A stretch of 51,173 bases of DNA from Eubacteriales bacterium (GCA_045580105.1 JAZNNH010000043.1:1-51173); one strand, 5' to 3'; positions 15,999 to 25,270 are shown, counted from the stretch's first letter. Notes: generated by a model from the letters alone, not told the origin. Program-made: numbers and translations.

Positions 15999-17716
15999 AA
16001 AAATTGATGCTCGGCAACGAAGCGGTCGCCCGCGGTCTGTATGAGGCAGGGTGCAGCTTTGTTTCCAGTTACCCCGGTACGCCCAGTACCGAAATTACCG
16101 AGTGTGTCGCGCGCTACCCGGAAGTGTATGCCGAATGGGCGCCCAATGAAAAGGTTGCGATGGAATCCGCCTTCGGTGCAAGCTTGGCAGGCAAACGCAG
16201 TTTTTGCGGAATGAAACACGTCGGCTTGAACGTGGCGGCAGACCCGCTGTTTACCATGTCGTATACCGGTGTAAACGCCGGCTTTGTGATCGGTGTGGCA
16301 GACGACCCCGGCATGCATTCTTCTCAGAACGAGCAGGATTCCCGTCACTACGCAAGAGCCGCTAAAATGCCGATGCTCGAGCCCGCAAACTCCGAGGAAG
16401 CACGCAATTTTACCAAGATTGCGTTCGAAATTTCCGAGCAGTTCGACACGCCCGTTCTTCTGAAAATGTGTACGCGTATTGCCCATTCCCAGAGCATTGT
16501 GGAAGAGGGCGAGCGGGTGGAAGTGAAAAAAGAATACGAAAAGAACGGTCAAAAATACATTATGATGCCCGGCAACGCCAAGCGCCGTCACCCCATTGTG
16601 GAACAGCGCACCCGTGATCTGGTCGCGTTTGCGGAAGAGGACGACATCAACCGCATCGAAGATGGAAAAAATAAGAAAATGGGTATCATCACCTCCTCGA
16701 CTTCGTATCAGTACGTCAAAGAGGTGTTCGGAGACGAATATCCCGTTCTCAAACTGGGTATGATCTGGCCTTTGCCCGAACAAAAAATCATCTCCTTTGC
16801 CAAGAGTGTTGAAACGCTTGTGGTCGTAGAGGAGCTGGACTCCTTTATCGAGGAGCACTGCCGCAACCTCGGACTGGAAGTGGTCGGCAAGGAACTGTTT
16901 TCTCCCGTCGGCGAATTCAGCCAAAACGTTGTTGCCAAGGCGCTGGGCAAAGAAGAAGCGGTCGGCACGGCACTTTCGGAAGAAATTCCGCAAAGACCGC
17001 CCGTGATGTGTGCCGGCTGTCCCCACAGAGGACTGTTTTATACCTTAGCGAAAAATAAGATCACCGTTTTGGGTGATATCGGTTGTTACACGCTCGGTGC
17101 CGTGCCGCCGCTTTGCGCACTCGACAGCACCATTTGTATGGGCGCGAGCGTTTCGGGTCTGCACGGCTTTGTGAAAGCCCTCGAGGGCGCCGCCGACGGC
17201 AAGACGGTCGGTGTCATCGGCGATTCGACCTTTATGCATTCGGGTATGACCGGTCTTGTGAATATTGCCTATAACAATTCCAATGCCACCGTCATCATTT
17301 TGGATAACTCCATTACGGGTATGACCGGTCACCAGCAGAATCCCACCACCGGTAAGAACTTGAAGGGCGATCCTGCCGCCGCGGTCAATCTGGAAGAGCT
17401 TTGCCGCGCCATCGGCATCCGCCGCGTTCGCGTGGTCGATCCCTATCAGCTTTCCGAAACGGAAAACGCAATCAAAGAAGAATTGGCAGCTGCCGAGCCG
17501 TCTGTGATCATTTCCAGAAGACCCTGCGCACTGTTAAAATACGTCAAGCACGCAGGTCCCATCAAGGTCGATTCCGACAAGTGCCGTTCCTGCAAGGCCT
17601 GTATGAAGATCGGCTGTCCTGCCATCAGTATGAAAGACGGCAAGGCCGTGATTGATAACACCCTTTGTACCGGTTGCGGTGTTTGCACTCAGCTTTGTAA
17701 ATTCGGCGCACTGTGA
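15995..17716 (+). CDS. iorA: indolepyruvate (arylpyruvate):ferredoxin oxidoreductase alpha subunit
   Basis: MKKLMLGNEAVARGLYEAG...SSYPGTPSTEI, TPP motif GDSTFMHSG, C-terminal 2x[4Fe-4S] CRSCKACMKIGCP and CTGCGVCTQLC. Confidence 0.9.
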   Translation: MKKLMLGNEAVARGLYEAGCSFVSSYPGTPSTEITECVARYPEVYAEWAPNEKVAMESAFGASLAGKRSFCGMKHVGLNVAADPLFTMSYTGVNAGFVIGVADDPGMHSSQNEQDSRHYARAAKMPMLEPANSEEARNFTKIAFEISEQFDTPVLLKMCTRIAHSQSIVEEGERVEVKKEYEKNGQKYIMMPGNAKRRHPIVEQRTRDLVAFAEEDDINRIEDGKNKKMGIITSSTSYQYVKEVFGDEYPVLKLGMIWPLPEQKIISFAKSVETLVVVEELDSFIEEHCRNLGLEVVGKELFSPVGEFSQNVVAKALGKEEAVGTALSEEIPQRPPVMCAGCPHRGLFYTLAKNKITVLGDIGCYTLGAVPPLCALDSTICMGASVSGLHGFVKALEGAADGKTVGVIGDSTFMHSGMTGLVNIAYNNSNATVIILDNSITGMTGHQQNPTTGKNLKGDPAAAVNLEELCRAIGIRRVRVVDPYQLSETENAIKEELAAAEPSVIISRRPCALLKYVKHAGPIKVDSDKCRSCKACMKIGCPAISMKDGKAVIDNTLCTGCGVCTQLCKFGAL

Positions 17717-17732
17717 GAAAGGAGTAACTCAG

Positions 17733-18305
17733 ATGAAAACGAAAAATGTGATGATTGTCGGCGTGGGAGGACAGGGAAGTCTTCTGGCGTCCAAACTCTT
17801 GGGAAAACTCCTTTTGAGCCGTGGGTACGACGTGAAGGTATCGGAAGTGCACGGAATGAGCCAGCGCGGCGGAAGCGTGGTAACCTACGTTCGTTTCGGC
17901 GACGTGGTCTATTCTCCCGTGATTGATAAGGGGCAGGCCGATTTTATCGTGTCGTTTGAATTGCTGGAAGCGGCGCGCTGGACGGAGTATTTGCGAGAGG
18001 GTGGCGTGATTGTTTCCAACACCCAAAAAATCAATCCGATGCCGGTGATTATCGGGTCGGCACAGTACCCCGAAAACTTAGAGGGAAAGATTCGCGATGC
18101 CGGAATCCATCTGGAAACGCTCGATGCACTGGCGCTGGCAGAACAAGCCGGTAGTGCCAAGGCGGTGAATATCGTCTTGATGGGCAAGCTCTCCCGATTC
18201 TTTGATTTTTCTAAGGAAGAATGGATGGATGCCATTGCCCAAAGTGTACCTGAAAAGTTTTTGGAACTCAATCAAAAAGCTTTCCTGATGGGAAGAGAAG
18301 CATAA
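17733..18305 (+). CDS. iorB: indolepyruvate:ferredoxin oxidoreductase beta subunit
   Basis: MIVGVGGQGSLLASKLLG and SEVHGMSQRGGSV are typical of IorB / the 2-oxoacid oxidoreductase gamma domain; start trimmed. Confidence 0.85.
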   Translation: MKTKNVMIVGVGGQGSLLASKLLGKLLLSRGYDVKVSEVHGMSQRGGSVVTYVRFGDVVYSPVIDKGQADFIVSFELLEAARWTEYLREGGVIVSNTQKINPMPVIIGSAQYPENLEGKIRDAGIHLETLDALALAEQAGSAKAVNIVLMGKLSRFFDFSKEEWMDAIAQSVPEKFLELNQKAFLMGREA

Positions 18306-18317
18306 GAGGAGATTGAT

Positions 18318-19616
18318 ATGAAACGCTATTATCAACCCGAAATCGAAACCGCCTCGCAGGAACAGATCCTCGCTTGGCAAAATGAACGCCTTATCAAACA
18401 GGTTCAGCACGTGTGGGACAACGTTCCGTATTACCGCAAAAAAATGGAAGAAAAAGGCGTGACTCCTGCTGACATTACCGGAGTCAAAGACCTTCACAAA
18501 TTGCCGTTTCTGACCAAAGCAGACCTGCGCGACGCCTATCCTTACGGCCTGATGGGAAAACCCCTCAAGGACTGCGTGCGCATTCAGTCTACCTCCGGCA
18601 CCACCGGCAAGCGCGTGGTTGCGTTTTACACCCAAAAGGATCTTGACCTTTGGGAGGATTGCTGTGCCAGAGCCATTGTGGCTGTGGGCGGAAGTGAAGA
18701 AGACGTGTGTCAGGTGTGCTACGGCTATGGTCTGTTTACCGGCGGTCCGGGCTTAAACGGCGGCTCTCACAAGGTCGGCTGCTTGACGCTCCCGATGTCT
18801 TCGGGTAATACCGACCGTCAGCTTCAGTTTATGACCGATTTGGAAGCGACCATTATTTGCTGTACCCCCTCTTACGCAGCTTATCTTGCCGAGTCCATTC
18901 AAGAAAAAGGACTGCGCGACAAGATCAAGCTTAAAGCCGGCATTTTCGGGGCAGAGGCGTGGAGCGAAGAAATGCGCCGCGATATTGAATCCCAGCTCGG
19001 CATCAAGGCCTATGATATTTACGGCTTGACGGAAATTTCCGGCCCCGGCGTTGCCTTTGAATGTGAAGCGCAGACGGGAATGCACATCAACGAGGATCAC
19101 TTCATTGCAGAGATCATCGATCCCGATACGGGCGAGGTGTTGCCTGAGGGAGAAAAGGGCGAATTGGTGTTCACCTGTATTACCAAAGAAGCGTTCCCGC
19201 TTCTTCGTTACCGCACCCGCGATATTTGTGTTTTGACCCGCGAGCCCTGCCCCTGCGGAAGAACCCACGTGAAAATGTCCAAGCCCATGGGCAGAAGCGA
19301 CGATATGCTCATCATCAAGGGCGTGAACGTATTCCCCAGCCAGATCGAAACCGTTCTGTTGGAACAGGGGTATCCTGCCAACTATCAGATCATTGTGGAT
19401 CGCGTGAACAACGCCGATACCTTTGAGGTGCAGGTGGAAATGACACCCGAAATCTTCTCCGATTCCCTTTCGAATCTGGGTGCGTTGGAAAAAGGCCTTG
19501 TGAATGCACTCCATTCCATGCTCGGCATTTACGCCAAGGTGAAATTGGTTGCACCTAAGAGCATTGCCCGCAGTGAAGGCAAAGCGGTTCGAATCATTGA
19601 CAATCGTAAAATTTAA
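18318..19616 (+). CDS. paaK: phenylacetate-CoA ligase family (PaaK-like) enzyme
   Basis: 432 aa, STSGTTGKRVV, YGLTEISGPG, PLLRYRTRD; the usual partner of iorAB. Confidence 0.85.
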   Translation: MKRYYQPEIETASQEQILAWQNERLIKQVQHVWDNVPYYRKKMEEKGVTPADITGVKDLHKLPFLTKADLRDAYPYGLMGKPLKDCVRIQSTSGTTGKRVVAFYTQKDLDLWEDCCARAIVAVGGSEEDVCQVCYGYGLFTGGPGLNGGSHKVGCLTLPMSSGNTDRQLQFMTDLEATIICCTPSYAAYLAESIQEKGLRDKIKLKAGIFGAEAWSEEMRRDIESQLGIKAYDIYGLTEISGPGVAFECEAQTGMHINEDHFIAEIIDPDTGEVLPEGEKGELVFTCITKEAFPLLRYRTRDICVLTREPCPCGRTHVKMSKPMGRSDDMLIIKGVNVFPSQIETVLLEQGYPANYQIIVDRVNNADTFEVQVEMTPEIFSDSLSNLGALEKGLVNALHSMLGIYAKVKLVAPKSIARSEGKAVRIIDNRKI

Positions 19617-19629
19617 GGAGGAAGAAACG

Positions 19630-20064
19630 ATGAAGGGTATCCATCAGATTTCTGTTTTTATCGAAAACAAAAAAGGTTCTCTTTCTGAAATTACTCGCCT
19701 TTTGGCAGATAGCAAAATTAACTTGCGTGCCATCTCTATTGCAGAAAGTGCCGATTACGGTGTGCTTCGTCTGATTGCCGACGATGCCGAAAAAGCAACC
19801 TCCGTTCTTCTTTCCCACGGATTCATTCTTTCCATGACGCCCGTAACGGTCATTTCCGTGCCGGATGAGCCCGCCGGTCTTTCGCAGGTTCTTAATATTC
19901 TGACGCAGGCAGGGGTCGATATTGAATATATGTATTCTCTGTTTACCCACCAGAACGGAAAAGCGTATATGGTGTTCCGTATTTCCGATCAAGAGGAATT
20001 TGAAAAAATGGTCACCGGGCAAAACCTTTCGGTGACCACCAAAGAAGAACTGGGCTTGATTTAA
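19630..20064 (+). CDS. tandem ACT-domain protein
   Basis: two ACT-like units (ISVFIENKKGSLSEITRLLADSKINL and VISVPDEPAGLSQVLNILTQAGVDI); start trimmed to MKGIHQ behind ggagg. Confidence 0.8.
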   Translation: MKGIHQISVFIENKKGSLSEITRLLADSKINLRAISIAESADYGVLRLIADDAEKATSVLLSHGFILSMTPVTVISVPDEPAGLSQVLNILTQAGVDIEYMYSLFTHQNGKAYMVFRISDQEEFEKMVTGQNLSVTTKEELGLI

Positions 20065-20076
20065 GTTATAGAGCAC

Positions 20077-20293
20077 GCAGGGCTGCCGCCCCGCACCCTG
20101 CAGTTCCTTTCTTTGGAAAGATGGGAACCAAAGAAACTTTCATAATAAAAAGTAAAAAAAGGACTGATTATTTCAGTCCTTTTTATTATTTTTATATTTC
20201 CCCATTCGAGTTTTTCTTTGCTTACTTTCTTTTTTCAAAAAGAAAGTAAGAAGCTTTCTTTGGCTTACCTTTCTTTTCCAAAAGAAAGGTAAG
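20077..20293 (+). repeat. modular palindromic repeat element, copy B
   Basis: head hairpin gcaggg...ccctgc 20077-20101; L hairpin 20103-20128 plus caaagaaactttc; terminator GGACTGA-ttatt-TCAGTCC 20161-20184; R hairpins 20221-20250 and 20264-20293. Confidence 0.85.
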
Positions 20294-20977
20294 TTATTCT
20301 TGGGGCTCCTGCACGGGCGATTGCGTCGGAACGTGGCTTAAGAGAGCGCCGTATTCAAAGAGATAAGACAGCGCAAAGAGAACAAAGCCCCAGAGAATGG
20401 TTTCGAGATTCACGTTGGTTTCCCCGAGAAGAAGCGTGCCTTTGCCGTGTGTCAAAAGAGCAATGAGTGTGGAGCAAACCGCGGGCGCACCGGCAAGGAA
20501 AAAGAGGGAAATGCCGGCACATTTGAGGTCCTTTGCCGCCTGAGAGGTAAAGGGAGAAAGCTGGGCTTCTTTGATGGAAGCGGCAACGCGGGAAAGGTAG
20601 CGATAGAAGAAAAAGAGAACGATCATTTCGGCAAACGTGGGAATGATCGACAGCGCCAAGGTGTGGTTTTCGGCGGACGCGATGGGCGTTTCCTCAACGA
20701 TACGAAATCCGTTTTCGGTCACTTCCAAGCCCTCGGTCTCTTGCCCGGAAAGCGATTGTTTTACCTCGTCAAACGCCTCTCCGACAAGGGCGCGAAGATC
20801 AAATTCCATATCGACCTTCGTTTCGGTGCGGAAGACAACCGTGTCCCGCGGCAAAAACGAAAGCGATAAAACGCCGATGAAAATGCCGACGGCACCGATG
20901 ATGCACAGCACCTTCAAAATGGAAAAAACCACTTGGCAGGCAGAGGCAACGGAACGAATGAATTTGGTTTTGTTCAT
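20294..20977 (-). CDS. membrane protein, DUF2975-like
   Basis: N-terminal TM, about 3 C-terminal TMs, LSPFTSQAAKDLK resembles the DUF2975 PFT motif; SD aaaggag before MNKTKF. Confidence 0.55.
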   Translation of the reverse strand: MNKTKFIRSVASACQVVFSILKVLCIIGAVGIFIGVLSLSFLPRDTVVFRTETKVDMEFDLRALVGEAFDEVKQSLSGQETEGLEVTENGFRIVEETPIASAENHTLALSIIPTFAEMIVLFFFYRYLSRVAASIKEAQLSPFTSQAAKDLKCAGISLFFLAGAPAVCSTLIALLTHGKGTLLLGETNVNLETILWGFVLFALSYLFEYGALLSHVPTQSPVQEPQE

Positions 20978-21084
20978 AAAAAACTCCTTTCTCACGGTAA
21001 CGGATACGTTTGGTATCCTGTTTATCGGACACCTGTTTTGTTATGATGAACTTGCAAACAAACGAAACAGGAGATTTTACGAAA

Positions 21085-21480
21085 ATGGATGAAAGAATGA
21101 CAAGCTTGAAAGAGCAGGTAAAAAAGGGAAGCATCCCCGCGGCGTTTTCCTTGGCAGAAGCGCTGAAATGGGGGTATTACGGAGAGACCGACCCGATGCG
21201 CGCCGCCAGAATGTATCGCATTTGCTGTCGGGCAAAGGATAAAAAAATGAGCGCCGCCGGCTTTTTAAACCTCGGCATTTTGTATTATTACGGATACCTT
21301 TCCGACGGAAGCGAGCCGGAGAAGGACGCCAAAAACGCCTTTTCCTGCTTTCTGAAAAGCGCCTTGACCTATCCGAATAAGGATGCGCTTTCCCGTCTTG
21401 GTGATATGTACCGCTACGGGCAGTACGTGCCCAAAAACGAAGGTGTTGCGCTTTCGCTTTATCTTAAGGCAAATGCTTGA
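21085..21480 (+). CDS. Sel1-like (SLR/TPR) repeat protein
   Basis: repeated A..WY/YY..G motifs (ALKWGYYGE, LGILYYYGY, LGDMYRYGQYVPKN); start trimmed to MDERM. Confidence 0.65.
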   Translation: MDERMTSLKEQVKKGSIPAAFSLAEALKWGYYGETDPMRAARMYRICCRAKDKKMSAAGFLNLGILYYYGYLSDGSEPEKDAKNAFSCFLKSALTYPNKDALSRLGDMYRYGQYVPKNEGVALSLYLKANA

Positions 21481-21820
21481 GGGTGATCTTCTTTAAGAAA
21501 AGATCCAAATTGGCTTTTGGATGGAACACAAAATCTTCTTTTTCTATGCTCGGCAGGAGGGTGGAAAGAAGTGTGGGATTTAAAATAAGCGCTTCTTTTT
21601 CGCTTTTTTTCAAGGTTTTAATGGCATATTCCAATCGGGACGCCTCGGCGCGGGATGCGCTGGACCAAAGTGCGGCAAGCGAAGAAATTTTTCGCGCACG
21701 GGTAAACTTGGCGCTTTTTTTGCCTTGTTTTGCGTGGTCAGCCATGCGAGAAAACATATTTTTGGCAATTCCCGTGTAAAGCGCGCCGCCCTCGACGCGG
21801 AGAATATAGGTATAATACAT
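21464..21820 (-). CDS. GIY-YIG domain protein (UPF0213/YhbQ-like)
   Basis: MYYTYILRVEGGALYTGIAKNMFSRMADH...RLEYAIKTLKKSEK; SD aaaaaggag; 17-nt convergent overlap with the previous CDS. Confidence 0.75.
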   Translation of the reverse strand: MYYTYILRVEGGALYTGIAKNMFSRMADHAKQGKKSAKFTRARKISSLAALWSSASRAEASRLEYAIKTLKKSEKEALILNPTLLSTLLPSIEKEDFVFHPKANLDLFLKKITLKHLP

Positions 21821-21948
21821 ATTCTGCTCCTTTTTTTCATTGTAACACAAAGATTGGCTGACTACAAGAAAAAAAGTGAAACTGGTCATTGTAATCGCCC
21901 AAAATTTTTGTTACACTCGTTTCATCAAAGGAAAAAGAGGACGATCGG

Positions 21949-22785
21949 ATGAAACGAATTGTAAGCGTTCAAGATATCTCGGCGGTCGGAAAATGCTCCC
22001 TGACGGTGGCACTTCCCATCATTTCCGCTTGCGGTGTGGAATGTGCGGTCATGCCCACGGCGGTGCTTTCGACACACACGCAGTTCACCGGCTTCACCTT
22101 TCACGATTTAACGGGTGAAATCGAACCCATTTTCACGCATTGGAAAAAAGAAGGGCTCGATTTTGACGCCATCTATACCGGATATTTGGGTTCGTTTGAG
22201 CAAATTCGCCTCGTCGAAGAGATGGTAAACACCTTAAAAACCGAACAAACGGAGCTGATCGTTGACCCTGCCATGGCAGACAACGGCAAGCTGTATTACG
22301 GCTTTACCCCCGAATTTGCACGGAGGATGGGAAAGCTTTGCGGCAAAGCGGATTTGATTTTGCCGAATTTGACCGAAGCGGTCTTTATGCTCGGCGAGCC
22401 GTATCCCGAACAATACGATCGGGAGTATATAAAGGCACTTCTCAAAAAGCTCTGTGCCCTCGGCGCAAAGAGAGCCGCCCTGACCGGCGTTTCCTATGAA
22501 AAGGGAAAGGTAGGGGTGGAGCTGTACGACAGCCAAACGGACACGTTCTTTTCTTATTTTAACGAGCATCTCCCCGTCGCTTTCCACGGCACGGGCGACA
22601 TTTTCGCTTCCACCGTGGTGGGGGCAAGAAGCCGCGGCTTGAATTTTGAAGAAGCGCTGAAGGTTGCCGTGGATTACACACTGGAGTGCATCCGCAAGAC
22701 CTTGGCAGATCCGAATAGCCGCAGCTACGGCGTCAATTTCGAGGAAGCGATCGGGTATCTGATCGAACGCATCGGAAAAGAATAA
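21949..22785 (+). CDS. pdxK: pyridoxal/pyridoxamine kinase
   Basis: ISAVGKCSLTVALPIISACGVE, VDPAMADNGKLY, GTGDIFAS ribokinase-fold motifs. Confidence 0.85.
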   Translation: MKRIVSVQDISAVGKCSLTVALPIISACGVECAVMPTAVLSTHTQFTGFTFHDLTGEIEPIFTHWKKEGLDFDAIYTGYLGSFEQIRLVEEMVNTLKTEQTELIVDPAMADNGKLYYGFTPEFARRMGKLCGKADLILPNLTEAVFMLGEPYPEQYDREYIKALLKKLCALGAKRAALTGVSYEKGKVGVELYDSQTDTFFSYFNEHLPVAFHGTGDIFASTVVGARSRGLNFEEALKVAVDYTLECIRKTLADPNSRSYGVNFEEAIGYLIERIGKE

Positions 22786-22797
22786 TTTTTCGATAAA

Positions 22798-22827
22798 AGA
22801 AAAAAAGAGGCAACGCCTCTTTTTTTT
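22798..22827. terminator. bidirectional intrinsic terminator
   Basis: A-run, AGAGGC-aac-GCCTCT, T8; lies between convergent pdxK and the DUF1836 gene. Confidence 0.7.
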
Positions 22828-23398
22828 ATGCCTTTTTCTTTTCTTTTTTCTTTTCCTTTTTGGTTTCCTTCTCTTTTTCCTTTTGCTTTTCCTCGGTTAA
22901 GGGTTTCGGCCACGTTTGTTCCGCCAAGCGAAACGTTCCGCGGGCGTAAAGAATGGAAGCGAATGCCATAATTGCCGTTTGCAGGGCTTTTTCGGTCGGA
23001 TTCTCCGCTTTCGGCTTTTCCTCTTCTTTGCCGAATACGGTGCTGACAGCCCGATCCAACTCTTCGGAAAAGAGGGTGTAAACCTCTTCATCCGTTCGCT
23101 CGGCGGCAAGACTGTCAAGAAGCGCCGCAATCTCGGAAAGCTGCATAAAGCTTTTTAAAATGCAGATCATGAAAAGCTTGGTGATTTGTCCCTTGGTGTA
23201 GCGCTTGTTCTGCGGCGGGGGAAGCAGTTTTTGCTTCACGTAGTTGTTGATCATTGTCGAAGTGATCGCTTTTTCCCCCGGAAAATACGGCGAAAGGGTC
23301 TTTTCCAGTACGGAAATTACCTGATCCATATACAGTTCAATATCAGGAAAATCAATCCACTGCGGTGCCGCAGACGGACAAAGAATGTCAGAATCCAT
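22826..23398 (-). CDS. DUF1836 family protein with Lys/Glu-rich tail
   Basis: ITSTMINNYVKQKLLPPPQNKRYTKGQITKLFMICILK matches my memory of DUF1836; tail EEKQKEKEKETKKEKKKEKKKA. Confidence 0.7.
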   Translation of the reverse strand: MDSDILCPSAAPQWIDFPDIELYMDQVISVLEKTLSPYFPGEKAITSTMINNYVKQKLLPPPQNKRYTKGQITKLFMICILKSFMQLSEIAALLDSLAAERTDEEVYTLFSEELDRAVSTVFGKEEEKPKAENPTEKALQTAIMAFASILYARGTFRLAEQTWPKPLTEEKQKEKEKETKKEKKKEKKKA

Positions 23399-23572
23399 TT
23401 TCGCTCCTTGAAAAAAAGGTAATATTGTGTTAATATAGCAAGTGTACCATAAAGAAGGAGTTTCGTCAAGAGACGAAAACCACGGAAAGAAATGAAAAAA
23501 GATGCTGACACGGCATCAAAAATCTGATAACATAGTTTTCGAAACCAGATGATGGGAAAAGGAGAAACAACA

Positions 23573-25264
23573 ATGGCTAAAAAATACAAATTTTTACCTT
23601 ACAATGAAGTATCCAAGATTGATCGAATTTGCGATATTCTGACGCAAGCGGAGGCAGAGTGTCCGGAGAAGATTGCCTATCGGCACAAAAACGCCAAGCA
23701 AGAAGTTTTGGACGTAACGTTCCGCGAATTCGGTGTAGACGTGCGAGCACTGGGAAGCGCCCTTTCGGATTTGGGAGTAGACTGTGAGCACATCGCCTGC
23801 GTGGCGGATAACAGTTACAACTGGATCAACGTATATCTTTCCGTTCTTTGCTCTCGCGGTGTGTACCTGCCGGTGGATAAGCTCTTGCCTCCCGAAGATA
23901 TGATGTATGTTCTTACCTCGGGTGATGCCAAGGTGATTTTCTATTCCAAGCAGTTTGAAACCCTGTTCCACGAAAAGGAAGAAGAGCTTTCCGAGGTCAA
24001 ATACTTTATCGGATTCGACCGCGAAGAAGACGAGGGAAAATTTCTTTCCTTTGCCCGGCTCAAAGAAAAAGGCAAAGAGCTTTTGGCGTCCGGCTACGAC
24101 GTTTACACTTCGAATATGACCTCGTCTGACATCAAGGCGCTGAAAATGTTGGTTTACACCTCCGGTACGACCGGCATTGCAAAAGGTGTTATGCTCTCGG
24201 AAGAGAACTTGGTTTGTGAAGTATACCACGGCTTGCAGGTGGCAGACGTTTTGACGGTCGGTCTTTCCGTGTTGCCGTATCACCACACCTATGAAGCGGT
24301 GGTTGGAATTTTGGTGTACTTGCACCGCCACGCGGTCACCTGTATCAACGACAGTCTTGCCGCGATCCTGAAGAACTTTAAAATCTATCAGCCGGACTTC
24401 ATTTATCTCGTGCCCGCGTTCCTGGAAATGTTCTACAAAAAGATTCGTGCGACTATGGAAGAGCAGGGCAAGTGGGAAACCTTCCAAAAGGGCGCTAAAA
24501 TTTCAAAATTCCTTTTGAAATTCGGCATTGACATACGCAGAAAGCTTTTTGCTCAGCTCCACGAAACCTTCGGCGGAAAATTGGAACTGATGGTTGTGGG
24601 AGCCGCGCCCCTTCGTCCGGAAGTCATCAATTTCTTTGAAACCGTCGGTATCACCGTTTGTCAGGGCTACGGTATTACTGAATGCTCTCCTCTGGTGAGT
24701 GTAAACCGAAACAATAAATACGCCGATCCCGAAACCGTAGGTCTGCCTCTGCCTTGTCTTGAGGTTCGCATTGACAATCCCGGAGAAGACGGAAACGGCG
24801 AGATTTGCGTTCGCGGAAAAACGGTCATGATGGGCTATTACAAAAATCCCGAAGTGACCGAAAAGGCAATGGTCGACGGCTGGTTCCACACCGGTGACTT
24901 GGGTCACATTGATGAAAGAGGATATCTTTCCATCACGGGCCGTTGCAAGAACCTGATCGTTTTGGATAACGGAAAGAACGTATACCCCGAAGAACTTGAA
25001 AACTACATTATGAATATCCCTTACATTGCGGAAGCTGTGGTAAAGGGGGAAAAAGAAGAAAGCGGAAAAACCGTGGTTGTGGCAGAGGTCTTCCTTTCCA
25101 AGGATCACGTGAAGGAAATGGGCAAATCGCCCGACGAGGCAAAAATTCTTGCCGATATCCGCGCACTGACCGGTGAACTTCCGATGTACAAGCAGGTGAC
25201 CCGTGTTGTCATTCGCGAAAACGAATTTGAGAAAACCACCACCCGCAAGATCAAGAGAACTTAA
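23573..25264 (+). CDS. long-chain acyl-CoA synthetase (AMP-forming)
   Basis: YTSGTTGIAKGVMLS, GYGITECSP, GWFHTGDLG, TRKIKR; start trimmed to MAKKYKF behind SD aaaaggag. Confidence 0.85.
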   Translation: MAKKYKFLPYNEVSKIDRICDILTQAEAECPEKIAYRHKNAKQEVLDVTFREFGVDVRALGSALSDLGVDCEHIACVADNSYNWINVYLSVLCSRGVYLPVDKLLPPEDMMYVLTSGDAKVIFYSKQFETLFHEKEEELSEVKYFIGFDREEDEGKFLSFARLKEKGKELLASGYDVYTSNMTSSDIKALKMLVYTSGTTGIAKGVMLSEENLVCEVYHGLQVADVLTVGLSVLPYHHTYEAVVGILVYLHRHAVTCINDSLAAILKNFKIYQPDFIYLVPAFLEMFYKKIRATMEEQGKWETFQKGAKISKFLLKFGIDIRRKLFAQLHETFGGKLELMVVGAAPLRPEVINFFETVGITVCQGYGITECSPLVSVNRNNKYADPETVGLPLPCLEVRIDNPGEDGNGEICVRGKTVMMGYYKNPEVTEKAMVDGWFHTGDLGHIDERGYLSITGRCKNLIVLDNGKNVYPEELENYIMNIPYIAEAVVKGEKEESGKTVVVAEVFLSKDHVKEMGKSPDEAKILADIRALTGELPMYKQVTRVVIRENEFEKTTTRKIKRT

Positions 25265-25270
25265 GCTTAC

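Noticed and set aside
22829-22895. The C/T-rich tract might be another member of the TTTCTTT repeat family
   Set aside because: It lies inside a continuous reading frame (the Lys/Glu tail of the DUF1836 protein). It has no hairpin symmetry and none of the flanking family modules.
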